From NCBI GenBank assembly GCA_963695545.1, contig OY968796.1, positions 3,424,001 through 3,488,000 on the forward strand: DNA of 64,000 nucleotides, written 5' to 3'. This stretch comes from Terriglobia bacterium (lineage in GTDB: Bacteria > Acidobacteriota > Terriglobia > Acidiferrales > UBA7541). Shown one piece after another: positions 1 through 9,255 of the stretch (the first letter of the stretch is position 1; each line of letters opens with the position of its first letter). The notes beneath the pieces are model-generated. The model saw nothing but the letters and a program-made list of their open reading frames with translations. It searched no databases and was not told the origin of the DNA. The translations under genes were made by a program, and so were the position numbers.

Positions 1-514
1 CCGGTAACCAAAACTGAATTGCAAGCGCTCGTTAAAGAATATCGAAAGGCCCCCGGGCGCTGATGGCTCCGCGCCGCCTTCCACATCGCCGAATGCCGCG
101 CCGTCGAGTCCCGCAGCTGCCGCCGCTCCATCGGTCCTGCTGGCTCCAGATGTTCAGGCGTTGAAAACGCAAGCATTGTGCGAGGTCAAGTCGATCGACG
201 ATTGGATTGCGGCGGTGTCGCCGAATCTGCCGGTCATGCCAAGTCCGCCAATCGCGCAACCCGGGTCGGGAGACGATCAGGCGACAATTGACGCGAAAGT
301 GGTGAAGGCTAAGGCCTACGCGGAGATGCTAAATTCGCAGTGGCAGGCCGGATACTACGCGCAAGCCAACACTTTGGTTCGTGAATTGGGTATACACGGG
401 CTTATTCTTGCATGCATTACGGGAGGGCCCGACGTCGATAATCCTGACAGTGTTCTGGGTCTGCACAAGACCTGCGCGAAGACCATCGAAGCGTATGCTG
501 ATCGCCTTAATTGA
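1..514 (+). pseudogene. 3' part of a hypothetical gene, apparently split by a +1 frameshift in a C-run near 50-54
   Basis: Frame 1 reads PVTKTELQALVKEYRKAPGR* (stop 61-63). Frame 2 is open from 8 to 514 (…ADGSAPPSTSPNAAPSS…LKTQALCEV…DRLN). Removing one C from 'gcccccggg' joins them as …KAPGADG…. The ORF track lists only 161-514. Confidence 0.4.
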
Positions 515-560
515 TAAGGGATAGCCCGAGTATGTCATCGTGTCGCGTTGTGAGGGTTTA

Positions 561-1247
561 ATGTTTCTGACGGCTCTCGGCGCGTTCCTCGGCGCGCTGC
601 TCTCGATTCTCGCGAGTGTTGCTATCGAATATCAGAGGAAACCGAAACTCCAATTCGTAATCGAACATCCGCCTCTTGACCGAACATTTTCGGAGGGCCC
701 ACCAGTTAAGAGCGCGCGGTTTCTACGGGTTTTCGTCTCCAACAAACCGATACCGCAACTTTTCCGATGGTTGGGCCGGTCGGCTGCGTACCAATGCACA
801 GGCGCTGTGCGGTTTTACCACCTAGATGACGCGGCGGAGGTTTTCTCCAGGCCGATGCCGGTCCGTTGGTCTAATTCTGACGAACCTATTTCAGTTCAGC
901 TCTTGCCGGACAAGCAGATTGCACAAATCTTCGATCCGGCAAAATATAACGCCGCCTTCCGGCGCGATTGCTTTCCGGGCGCCCCTGAGCTGATCGACAT
1001 CGCTGCGAGATTCGAAAATGACGATGACTGTTATGGATGGTCAAACGAGTCGTACTTGGCAGATAAGGGTTGGCGTAATCCAGAATTTCGGCTCACAGCC
1101 GGTCGATATTTCGTGAAAGTCACAATCAACTCTTCTGGGGACAAGGTCTACGGCTTTTTCAAACTAGAAAATTCCGCCGCTTGGCAACATTTCAGATTGG
1201 TAGCGGCGTCGAAAGAGGAAGCGGCCAAACTGCGCGCACAGGACTAG
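561..1247 (+). CDS. Hypothetical protein with N-terminal membrane anchor
   Basis: ORF 540-1247; ATG at 561 precedes the hydrophobic helix FLTALGAFLGALLSILASVAI. Codon usage is more AT-rich than in the core genes. No family recognised. Confidence 0.7.
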   Translation: MFLTALGAFLGALLSILASVAIEYQRKPKLQFVIEHPPLDRTFSEGPPVKSARFLRVFVSNKPIPQLFRWLGRSAAYQCTGAVRFYHLDDAAEVFSRPMPVRWSNSDEPISVQLLPDKQIAQIFDPAKYNAAFRRDCFPGAPELIDIAARFENDDDCYGWSNESYLADKGWRNPEFRLTAGRYFVKVTINSSGDKVYGFFKLENSAAWQHFRLVAASKEEAAKLRAQD

Positions 1248-1420
1248 GGGGGTGCCGCGGGATTCGTCCTTCGGGAAAATGGCGGAGTGGCGAGTGACGG
1301 GTGGTCAGTGGCGCGAAATGCAGGAGGGCCCGCCTTTGCTACGGATTCGCGTCACATGAACGCGAGCGAGGAATGCCTCGTGCCGGGACGACGGCGCGAA
1401 GCCTTCGTCTCTCACGCTAA

Positions 1421-1484
1421 GGCGGCGGAGAGGTCCCTCCGCTTCGGTCGGGATGACAGCGTTAAGGCAAAAGCGAAGACGGCA
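1421..1484 (+). repeat. Interspersed palindromic (REP-like) element, copy 1
   Basis: gcggcggagaggtccctccgcttcggtcgggatgacagcgttaaggcaaaagcgaagacggca. Near-identical segments recur at 2232-2285 and 2414-2431. Confidence 0.75.
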
Positions 1485-1538
1485 ACGGTTCACCGCTCGA
1501 GAAAGAATGCGAGTAGACTCGCGCCAAGGTGAATTACG

Positions 1539-1937
1539 GTGAAAACAAAGCTGGTGGGGATTGCACTGAGCATCGTGTTCGTTGTGTGTGCGAGAGCGCA
1601 GGAACAGCCGGGAACGGAAACGAAGGAGCCGGATTCCCAGACTCAGAATGTGAACACGAACACAAAAACCAACACAACCGCTACAACTAATCCGCCCGTC
1701 GCGGCGAAGGGTGAGGGGCAGTGTTTGATCGTTGGTTCGGAACACAAGGGCAAGTGGGTCTACCGCGATTCCTACAATCTCGATCCACAGAACGTGGAAG
1801 TGAAATATACGCAGAGCGAGCTTGCGGATCTGATGAAAAGAAATGTTCATGTAATTATCCTGAATAAATTCAATTATGGAAATAAGCAAGAAACTAATGC
1901 GCGCATCGCGTGCCAAGGCCAGGTGCCACAGCGATAG
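1539..1937 (+). CDS. Small secreted hypothetical protein
   Basis: Signal peptide MKTKLVGIALSIVFVVCARA, a Thr/Asn-rich linker, then a small domain with two Cys. Confidence 0.7.
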   Translation: MKTKLVGIALSIVFVVCARAQEQPGTETKEPDSQTQNVNTNTKTNTTATTNPPVAAKGEGQCLIVGSEHKGKWVYRDSYNLDPQNVEVKYTQSELADLMKRNVHVIILNKFNYGNKQETNARIACQGQVPQR

Positions 1938-2090
1938 TGGAGATCGAAGTCCGGCGTCCGTAGAGTGACAACTTCAAAGCCCCTCGGCGTAAACCAAACG
2001 AAATCGTCGTATCCGCCAGAATGTCGCTCCGGTCTTCGACCTTCGCGACGGCCTTCGGCAGAGCAGTGCTGGCGCGAGTCTGTGTTCGTT

Positions 2091-2137
2091 ACCCAGGGCT
2101 TACGCCCTGGGCTAAGCTGTGTCGCCCCTACGGGGCT
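2091..2137. repeat. Double-hairpin REP-like element
   Basis: CCCAGGGC-TTAC-GCCCTGGG followed by GCCCC-TAC-GGGGC: two perfect short GC-rich stems in intergenic DNA. Confidence 0.65.
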
Positions 2138-2179
2138 CTCGCGGAGCGGGGAGTGCCTTGCGGCGACGGAGGACACCTA

Positions 2180-2455
2180 CAGAGGGCTCCCTCGTCGCAG
2201 ACTCCTCGGGATGAGGGGCGATGGGACGTGCCCCTCAGCTTCGGTCGGGATGACAACGTTAGGGTAAAGGCAAAAGCGAACGGCAGAAGCGAACGGCAGA
2301 TGCGAACGGCAGAAGCGAACGGCAGATGCGAACGGCAGAAGCAGATCCCTCACCAGCGTTCGCCAGAGGCGGGCGACCGGGTTCGGGATGACAGCTTCAA
2401 GGCAAACGCAAAAGCGGCGGAGAGATCCCTCGTCGCTGCGCTCGCTCGGGATGGC
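2180..2455 (+). repeat. Cluster of four TCCCTC…TCGGGATG(AC) palindromic repeat units around a tandem array
   Basis: Units at about 2183-2214, 2231-2256, 2341-2395 and 2414-2453 share CCCTC…TCGGGATG ends with variable internal loops; same family as 1421-1484. Confidence 0.7.
2276..2340 (+). repeat. Tandem repeat, 5 x 13 bp GCGAACGGCAGAW
   Basis: Five copies identical except the last base, which alternates A,T,A,T,A. Confidence 0.9.
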
Positions 2456-2548
2456 GAGATCGGAAACGGGGCCACGGTGGAAACCTAGGACCGGGGCGGC
2501 ACGTCAATTACTGCGGAACTTCGTGGGCGCACTCCGTAGCATCACTTT

Positions 2549-2563
2549 ACTTTGCAACAAAGT
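2549..2563. promoter_or_regulatory. Putative operator upstream of the lyase gene
   Basis: Perfect inverted repeat ACTTTG-CAA-CAAAGT just downstream of a -10-like TAGCAT (2537-2542) and upstream of the RBS (aaggaa). Confidence 0.4.
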
Positions 2564-2589
2564 TCTTCCACCTCGGAAGGAATCCACCT

Positions 2590-5439
2590 GTGAGCGAAAA
2601 AACGCGGCGGGAATTTTTGAAGGACGCGACGTTGCTGAGTGCGGGAATCACAACTGCTGGAATCGTCGACGCGAAGCTGCTGGGCGCTAACGCGCCGGCG
2701 CGGGGGGCGGGGTCGGCTGACGCTACGCCTGCGGCGCAGGCCGTTGCGCCGGGGAGCGTGGCGCTTTCGTGGGTGGGGGAGAATCCGCCGGCGATGGCGA
2801 CGGGGGTGAGTTGGGGAGTGCCGTGGGCGCAGGGGGCGATGCAGCGCGCGGCGACGTTTCGGTTGAACGCGGCGGGCGGCGAATTGCCGGTGCAAACGTG
2901 GCCGATGGCGTTTTGGCCGGATGGATCGCTGAAGTGGAGCGGATTTGCGAGCGTGGTACCGGCGGGATTTTCGGGAGCGGCGACGTTGTCGCAGGGAGCG
3001 TCAGCAGCGGCGGGCGCGCTGAGCGTGGCTAACGACGGGAAGACGATTGTGGTGGATACGGGCGCAATGAAATGCGCGATCGCGACGAGCGGGGCGAACA
3101 TCATCGAGCGAATGAGTTTTCCTGACGGAAAAAATGTAGTGGGAGCGAGCCAACTGGTGTGCATTCTGCAGAACGGGGCGGAGACGGAGCCGGTGGATGC
3201 GCCGTCGCGCGAGAAATATTTGAGCGCCGTGAAGAAATCGACGGTGGAGCAATCGGGGCCGGTGCGCGCGGTGGTGATGCTTGAGGGCATGCATCGCGGC
3301 GCGACGTCGGGGCGCGAATGGCTGCCGTTTACCGTGCGGCTTTATTTTTACAGCGGGCAGACGGCGGTGCGCGTGGTGCATACGATCGTGTTTGATGGCG
3401 ATCAGGAAAAAGATTTCGTGCGCGGGATGGGATTGCAATTCGCGGTGCCGCTGCGCGAGGAAGCGATGAATCGCACGGTGCGATTTGGGGGGCCGGACGG
3501 CGGGCTATGGTCGGAACCGCTGCAACCGGGCGGCGGAAACGCGCAGCAGGAGGCGGGCGAGCCGTTCACGCCGAGTCCGCTGCTGGCGCAGAACGCGATC
3601 TGGGACGATTTCAAGCTGATGCAGCCGAACGCGGACGGATTCACGATCGTCAAGCGCACGAATCCGAAGAGCACGTGGCTAAGCTCGAATGGGGGAAAGC
3701 GCGCGCCGGGGCTGGTGTATGTGGGCGATTTTGGGGGCGGGCTCGGGGTGAGCGTGAAAAATTTCTGGCAGTCGTATCCGGCGTCGCTCGAGGTGCGGGG
3801 GGCGAGCAGTCCCGCGGCGGAAATTGTGGCGTGGCTGTGGTCGCCGGACGGGCCGGAGATGGATATGCGGCACTACGACATTAAGGCGCACGGACTCGAT
3901 GCGTCGTACGAAGACGTGCAGCCGGGATTGAGCACGGCGTACGGCGTGGCGCGCACGAGCGAGCTAACGCTGTATCCGGGCGCGTCGCTTGCGGCGCGGA
4001 CGGACACGGTGGCGATGGCGGAAGCGGGGAACAGGCTGGCGCTGCTGGCGTGCACGCCGGAGTACGTGCACTCGGCGGGCGCGTTTGGCGTGTGGAGTTT
4101 GCCGGATCGCTCGACGGATTTTCGGAAAGAGATGGAGGACGGGCTCGATTCCGTGCTCGCGTTTTATCAGCAGCAAGTGGACGACCGGCATTGGTACGGA
4201 TTCTGGCAATTCGGCGACTTCATGCATTCGTATTCGCCGCCGCGGCACGTGTGGCACTACGATTGGGGCGGGCACGCGTGGGACAACACGGAGTTGGGCG
4301 CGCCGCTGTGGCTCTGGTACAGCTACGTGCGCTCGGGGCGCGCGGATTTGTTCCGACTGGCGGAGGCGCACGCTCGGAACACGAGCGAGACCGTGGTGTA
4401 TCACCTGGGGCCGATGAAGGGACTGGGCACGCGGCACAACGTGATCAAGTGGGGCGACGGCGCGAAGGAAGCGCGGATTAGTCAGGCGGCGCACTGGCGA
4501 TTTTTGCACTACCTGACGACCGACGAGCGCGCGGGCGACATCATGCACATGGTGGCGGAGTCCGCGGGCGTGGCGGTGGCGAGCTACGATCCGATGCGCG
4601 AAGCCGAGCCGCGGCTGCCGAGCGAGCCGGCGGTGCGCATTCGCATTGGTCCGGATTGGTTCGCGCTGGCGGGAAATTGGATGACGGAATGGGAGCGCAC
4701 GGGAGATACGCGGTGGCGGGATCGGATTCTCGCCGGAGTGAATTCGATTATCACGATGCCGTTCTGGCTCGAGACTGGGAGGAAAAATATCGGCGGGCGC
4801 GGTGGGTCAGCGGCGGTGGTGGGATACGACAATGCGACGGGAAAACTGACGGCGATCCCGGCGCCGGACGGCAGTTTCATTCCGGTGAATTACAATCTCG
4901 CGACGATTCAGGGCGGGGGCGAAGTGATGTTCGAGTTGCTGCGGCTGCTCGGAAACAAAGATTTCGAGATGATGTGGCTGCAATTGTGCAGGCTGGCTAT
5001 CGCGCCGGCGGACGTGATCACGAAAGATCAAACAACGCACGCTGAGGGAGCCGACGCGAGCTACGTGGCGGGGGCGCAGAGCGGGCCGCGGTTGGCGGCG
5101 TATGCTTACTCGAAAACCGGCGATGTGGCGTTCGCGCAAAAGGCAATTACCACGTTGCTCGCGATGGGCGCGGGGATCGCGAACGCGCATATGGTATCGG
5201 GGGCGGATTCGCTTAATCCCGTTCAGGAAGATCCGAGGATGTCTACGAACGAGGCGTCGCAGACGGGACTGCAAGTGATCGAGATACTCGAGTTGTGCAA
5301 AGATCAGTTGCCAACAGCGACGATGGTGCGGCCCGTGCGCGTGTTCGGGCGCCCCGCTGCTCCCGGCGCGCCGGGCGCTCCTGGTGCTGCTCCCGCTGCG
5401 CCTGGAAATCCGGCGCCACCGACGCAGCCGCCCGGTTAA
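2590..5439 (+). CDS. Tat-exported YetA/PcRGLX-like exo-rhamnogalacturonan lyase (PL26-like)
   Basis: Twin-arginine signal TRREFLK; GVSWGVPW and WPDGSLKW motifs; WYGFWQFGDFMH, YDWGGHAWDNTE and GTRHNV…WGDGAKEARISQA motifs; adjacent rhaT; Pro/Ala/Gly C-terminal tail. Confidence 0.8.
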   Translation: MSEKTRREFLKDATLLSAGITTAGIVDAKLLGANAPARGAGSADATPAAQAVAPGSVALSWVGENPPAMATGVSWGVPWAQGAMQRAATFRLNAAGGELPVQTWPMAFWPDGSLKWSGFASVVPAGFSGAATLSQGASAAAGALSVANDGKTIVVDTGAMKCAIATSGANIIERMSFPDGKNVVGASQLVCILQNGAETEPVDAPSREKYLSAVKKSTVEQSGPVRAVVMLEGMHRGATSGREWLPFTVRLYFYSGQTAVRVVHTIVFDGDQEKDFVRGMGLQFAVPLREEAMNRTVRFGGPDGGLWSEPLQPGGGNAQQEAGEPFTPSPLLAQNAIWDDFKLMQPNADGFTIVKRTNPKSTWLSSNGGKRAPGLVYVGDFGGGLGVSVKNFWQSYPASLEVRGASSPAAEIVAWLWSPDGPEMDMRHYDIKAHGLDASYEDVQPGLSTAYGVARTSELTLYPGASLAARTDTVAMAEAGNRLALLACTPEYVHSAGAFGVWSLPDRSTDFRKEMEDGLDSVLAFYQQQVDDRHWYGFWQFGDFMHSYSPPRHVWHYDWGGHAWDNTELGAPLWLWYSYVRSGRADLFRLAEAHARNTSETVVYHLGPMKGLGTRHNVIKWGDGAKEARISQAAHWRFLHYLTTDERAGDIMHMVAESAGVAVASYDPMREAEPRLPSEPAVRIRIGPDWFALAGNWMTEWERTGDTRWRDRILAGVNSIITMPFWLETGRKNIGGRGGSAAVVGYDNATGKLTAIPAPDGSFIPVNYNLATIQGGGEVMFELLRLLGNKDFEMMWLQLCRLAIAPADVITKDQTTHAEGADASYVAGAQSGPRLAAYAYSKTGDVAFAQKAITTLLAMGAGIANAHMVSGADSLNPVQEDPRMSTNEASQTGLQVIEILELCKDQLPTATMVRPVRVFGRPAAPGAPGAPGAAPAAPGNPAPPTQPPG

Positions 5440-5668
5440 CTCCAGCGCAGCAAACAATGAAATTTTGTGACGGGGAAGTGCGTGACGCTGCAAACTGAGT
5501 CTCGAGCGAGCGGCGTCGCTTCCCTTCTGGCGGGGATTTCGATTTCGCTTTTAGCGGCCCCGTCAGATAGGATGGCTCGCGCGCGGGCGCGTGACACTCT
5601 AGGAAATCACCGCAACTGCTTGCCGGCAGCAAGGGCGATGCACCGGCAGCCCTGAGAGAAGGAAAATA

Positions 5669-6700
5669 ATGCCTTCAATATTGGTGGGGATCGGTTGGCA
5701 CATGGTGGGCGCGGCGATGGCCGCGTCGTTTTATGCGCCGATTGAGACGGTGAAGAAATGGTCGTGGGAGACCACCTGGGCCGTGGCGGGTTTTTTCTCG
5801 TGGATACTGCTGCCGATTTCGGTGAGTCACTACCTGCTTCCAAATTTCCGAGCGTTCTATGCGTCGATTCCGCCGCACGTGCTTTTGATCGTCGCGCTGT
5901 TCGGAGCGATGTGGGGGGTGGGGAATGTGAGCTACGGGCTGACGATGCGCAATCTGGGGATGGCGCTGGGGATTGGAATCGCGATCGGCGTGACGCTGGT
6001 GCTGGGCACGATCTTGCCGCCGATCGTGAACGGACAGGGCGCGGTGTTGTTTGAAACCAAGGGCGGGCTTTTGACCATGGCGGGAGTGCTGGTTGCGCTG
6101 ATCGGGGTGGCGGTAGTCACGTACGCGGGACATCAGAAGGAAATAAAACTTCGGGGGCTGCCGCGAGAATTCAATTTGAAGCTGGGAGTGGCTCTGGCGG
6201 TGATGTGCGGGATTTTTTCGTCCGGATTTTCATTTGCGATCAGCGCCGCGAAGCCGATGGAACAGGTGGCGCTGCATCTGGGAGTGAAGCCGCTGTATGC
6301 GGCGTTGCCGAGCTACGTGATTATTATGGGCGGCGGTGCGATTGTGAACATGGCGTACTGTTTTGTTCGCCTCGCGGCGGTCAAGACGATTTCTCTGCGC
6401 GCCGATCTATCACAGGATGGTGGAACGCTGCTGAAGAATGGGAGTCTGGCGGCGACCGGCGGAATCATGTGGTATCTGCAGTTCTTTTTTTACGTGTGGG
6501 GCGCGGCCAACATCCCGCAACATCTTTCATATGTGAACTGGATGCTGCACATGAGCGGATACGTGCTGTGCGGCGGGCTGGTGGGCCTCGCGCTTGGCGA
6601 GTGGAAGGGCGTGGGGAGCAGGCCGGTGCGACTGCTTTGGGCGGGCATGGCCATTATTATTTTGGCGGCGAATCTGGTCGGGTATGGGCTCGCGTCATAG
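5669..6700 (+). CDS. rhaT: L-rhamnose/H+ symporter RhaT family
   Basis: [18 protein letters not shown]…[26 protein letters not shown] and WMLHMS motifs; about 10 TM helices. Confidence 0.88.
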   Translation: MPSILVGIGWHMVGAAMAASFYAPIETVKKWSWETTWAVAGFFSWILLPISVSHYLLPNFRAFYASIPPHVLLIVALFGAMWGVGNVSYGLTMRNLGMALGIGIAIGVTLVLGTILPPIVNGQGAVLFETKGGLLTMAGVLVALIGVAVVTYAGHQKEIKLRGLPREFNLKLGVALAVMCGIFSSGFSFAISAAKPMEQVALHLGVKPLYAALPSYVIIMGGGAIVNMAYCFVRLAAVKTISLRADLSQDGGTLLKNGSLAATGGIMWYLQFFFYVWGAANIPQHLSYVNWMLHMSGYVLCGGLVGLALGEWKGVGSRPVRLLWAGMAIIILAANLVGYGLAS

Positions 6701-6812
6701 TCCGTGGAATTGCGAATCGCCGAGTGGCGCAGCGTTCGGCAGACTACGCGACGCTGCCTGTCGCGTGAATCAGCTCCGCACAACGGGAATTCCGCGAATC
6801 GCCGATCGCGAT

Positions 6813-7931
6813 TCACTTGCCTACTTGCTGGAGAGTTTGAAGATATTTGACGATGTCGCCCGTTGAAAGCAACCCGACAAGTTTGTCTCCCTGCATGACG
6901 GGCATTTGACTGATGGCGTTCCGGCCCATCGTTTCCATGGCTGTCCACAGTTCCGCGTTGGAATCGAGCTTGCTCAGTTTTTCGATGGGTACCATGGCTT
7001 GGGCTGCGCTGGTCGTCGTCCATGCGGGCCGCGGAATCAGCTTCATGTCGTGCAGGGTCAGCAGCCCAACCGCATGATCTCCTCGATCCACCACAAAACA
7101 CTGCCGGCCGTGCGCAAGAACTTCTCGATCGATTAGATTTTGCACCGACGTGTTTTCCGGCACGTGGGAGCAGGCAGTTTCCATGGCCTCCGACACCTTG
7201 TGGCCGACCATCAGGCCTTGGACCATTTGCTGCTGCACCTGAGTACCGGCGGCGCTTTCCAGAAACCATCCGATGAAGGCGGTCCACAATCCGTTGATGA
7301 GATCTCCGCGCAAAGCCATCCATACGCCAGCGAGAATAAAGAGAAAGCCAAAGAATCGCCCGGTGTTTGCGGCGATGACGGTCGCGCGGCGAAAATTCTT
7401 GTCGATTCCCCAAACGATGGCGCGAAAAACGCGGCCTCCATCCAGAGGAAATCCCGGGATCAGATTGAACAGGCCCAGAAGGCCGTTAATGAGGGCCAGA
7501 TACTTGGCGATGGCGAGGGCGGGTTTGACATTAATGAGCATTGGTTCCAGGAGGTAAAAGAGAACTGCCAGGGCAAGGCTGGTAAGCGGCCCGACGATGG
7601 CGATCAAGAACTCGGCCGTGGCGCTCGGGGGCTCGGCGGCGATCTGGGATACGCCGCCAAAAATGAAGAGAGTGATGCGGGTCACAGGAATCTTGTAGCG
7701 AAGAGCTACCCACGAATGGGCCAGCTCGTGGACGACGATACTCGCAAAAAACAGAACTGCAGTTATGGCTCCCATCAACCAGTATTCCGGAACCGTGCCG
7801 CCCTTGAATTCAGCCGGATAATAATTAGAGGCCAGGACCCAAGTGATCAGGGCGGCGATTAAGAACCAGGAATAATCCAGGTCAATTGGTATTCCAAGGA
7901 CACGTCCGATCGGAATTGTGTGCCGAAACAA
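6813..7931 (-). CDS. Site-2 (M50) intramembrane metalloprotease with C-terminal CBS pair
   Basis: HELAH zinc motif, FNLIPGFPLDGG motif, two CBS domains. Start placed at TTG 7931 (ORF track extends to 8084). Confidence 0.9.
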   Translation of the reverse strand: MFRHTIPIGRVLGIPIDLDYSWFLIAALITWVLASNYYPAEFKGGTVPEYWLMGAITAVLFFASIVVHELAHSWVALRYKIPVTRITLFIFGGVSQIAAEPPSATAEFLIAIVGPLTSLALAVLFYLLEPMLINVKPALAIAKYLALINGLLGLFNLIPGFPLDGGRVFRAIVWGIDKNFRRATVIAANTGRFFGFLFILAGVWMALRGDLINGLWTAFIGWFLESAAGTQVQQQMVQGLMVGHKVSEAMETACSHVPENTSVQNLIDREVLAHGRQCFVVDRGDHAVGLLTLHDMKLIPRPAWTTTSAAQAMVPIEKLSKLDSNAELWTAMETMGRNAISQMPVMQGDKLVGLLSTGDIVKYLQTLQQVGK

Positions 7932-8255
7932 AGCGCACCAACCTTTCGCCGAACACCGGTTCGGAGGCCACGGCAAGCCGTTCGGCCGGCCCGTTAGTTT
8001 GTCAGATTCTATGACTACACATAAGGTTACAAATCGAGATAGATCTCGCAAAGGGATTTGGCCAGTCGGCTCGACGGTCGTCACTGGCGCGATGGCGGCC
8101 TGGGGCGAAAATGCCGCGCGGGATCAATTCTCGTCGAAAACGCCATTCAGCAGTGGGGTACAATTCGGCGGGGCGGCGCTTTTTCGATAGTCGGCGGAAG
8201 ACGGGGCTTACAGTTGCGCGTGCGTTGTAATGGTTTGCGCGGCAACTTGGGACAC

Positions 8256-9227
8256 ATGAGCGAAGAAAACGTTCTGGTGCTGGGCAATCCGAGAGAGCCG
8301 CAGTTTGCGATGCTAAGGCAACGGCTCGCGGGGACAAATATCCTCGTGGGAAATTCGGCCGAGGTGTTCGCGTCTGCGGCGACGAACGCCACGGTGCTGT
8401 TCAATTGGTCGGGCTCGCTCGAACTGTTTAGGACCGTATTTTTGACGTGCCCACAATTGCGATGGGTGCATTCGCGATCTGTGGGGCTCGAGAGAACATT
8501 GTTTCCGGAAATTATCGCGAGTCCGATTCCGCTGACAAACAGCATTGGGATTTACAGCGCTTCGTTAGGGGAGTTCACGCTGGCGGCGATACTTTATTTC
8601 GCGAAAGATTTGCGGCGGATGATTCGGAATCAGATGGCAGGAGTGTGGGAACCGTTTGACGTTACGGTGGTTTCGGGGCAGACGGTTGGCATCATTGGAT
8701 ATGGGGATATCGGGCGCGCGATTGCCGCGAAGGTGCGGCCGATGGGGATGAGCGTGCTCGCGGTGAAGCGGCATACTTCGAGCCCGCGCGGGGCGGATCC
8801 ACTGGTGGAACAAATATACGGTCCGGCGCAGCGCAACGAGATGATTGCGCGCTGCGATTATGTAGTGGTGGCAGCGCCGCTGACGGAGGAGACGCGCGGG
8901 ATGATTGGCGAGGCGGAATTTGCTGCGATGAAAGCTACGGCCGTGGTGATCAACGTAGGGCGCGGGCCGATCATCGATGAGAAGCCGCTGATCAATGCGC
9001 TGCAGACGGGCCGAATCAAGGGCGCCGCTCTCGATGTGTTCGATCAAGAGCCGTTGCCGAGCGGGCACCCGTTTTACAAAATGGAGAACGCCCTGCTATC
9101 GCCGCATTGCGCCGACCATACGGCCGATTGGATCAACGAGGCGGTGGAACTATTCATCGCGCAATACGAGAGGTTCCGGAATGGCGAGCCGCTGATTAAT
9201 TTGGTGAACAAGAAGCTAGGGTACTGA
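8256..9227 (+). CDS. D-2-hydroxyacid dehydrogenase
   Basis: GIIGYGDIG NAD-binding motif, INVGRG, LDVFDQEPLP, SPHCA catalytic His. Start placed at ATG 8256. Confidence 0.92.
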   Translation: MSEENVLVLGNPREPQFAMLRQRLAGTNILVGNSAEVFASAATNATVLFNWSGSLELFRTVFLTCPQLRWVHSRSVGLERTLFPEIIASPIPLTNSIGIYSASLGEFTLAAILYFAKDLRRMIRNQMAGVWEPFDVTVVSGQTVGIIGYGDIGRAIAAKVRPMGMSVLAVKRHTSSPRGADPLVEQIYGPAQRNEMIARCDYVVVAAPLTEETRGMIGEAEFAAMKATAVVINVGRGPIIDEKPLINALQTGRIKGAALDVFDQEPLPSGHPFYKMENALLSPHCADHTADWINEAVELFIAQYERFRNGEPLINLVNKKLGY

Positions 9228-9255
9228 ACGAAGGAATGGCGGCGACGCGAGCGGA

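Noticed and set aside
1421..2455. CRISPR array
   Set aside because: Units are degenerate, irregularly spaced and vary internally; the 13-bp array has no spacers; no cas genes.
8013..8041. dif-like site (TTATGTGTAGT on the minus strand)
   Set aside because: No XerC-arm match, and it lies well left of the skew switch.
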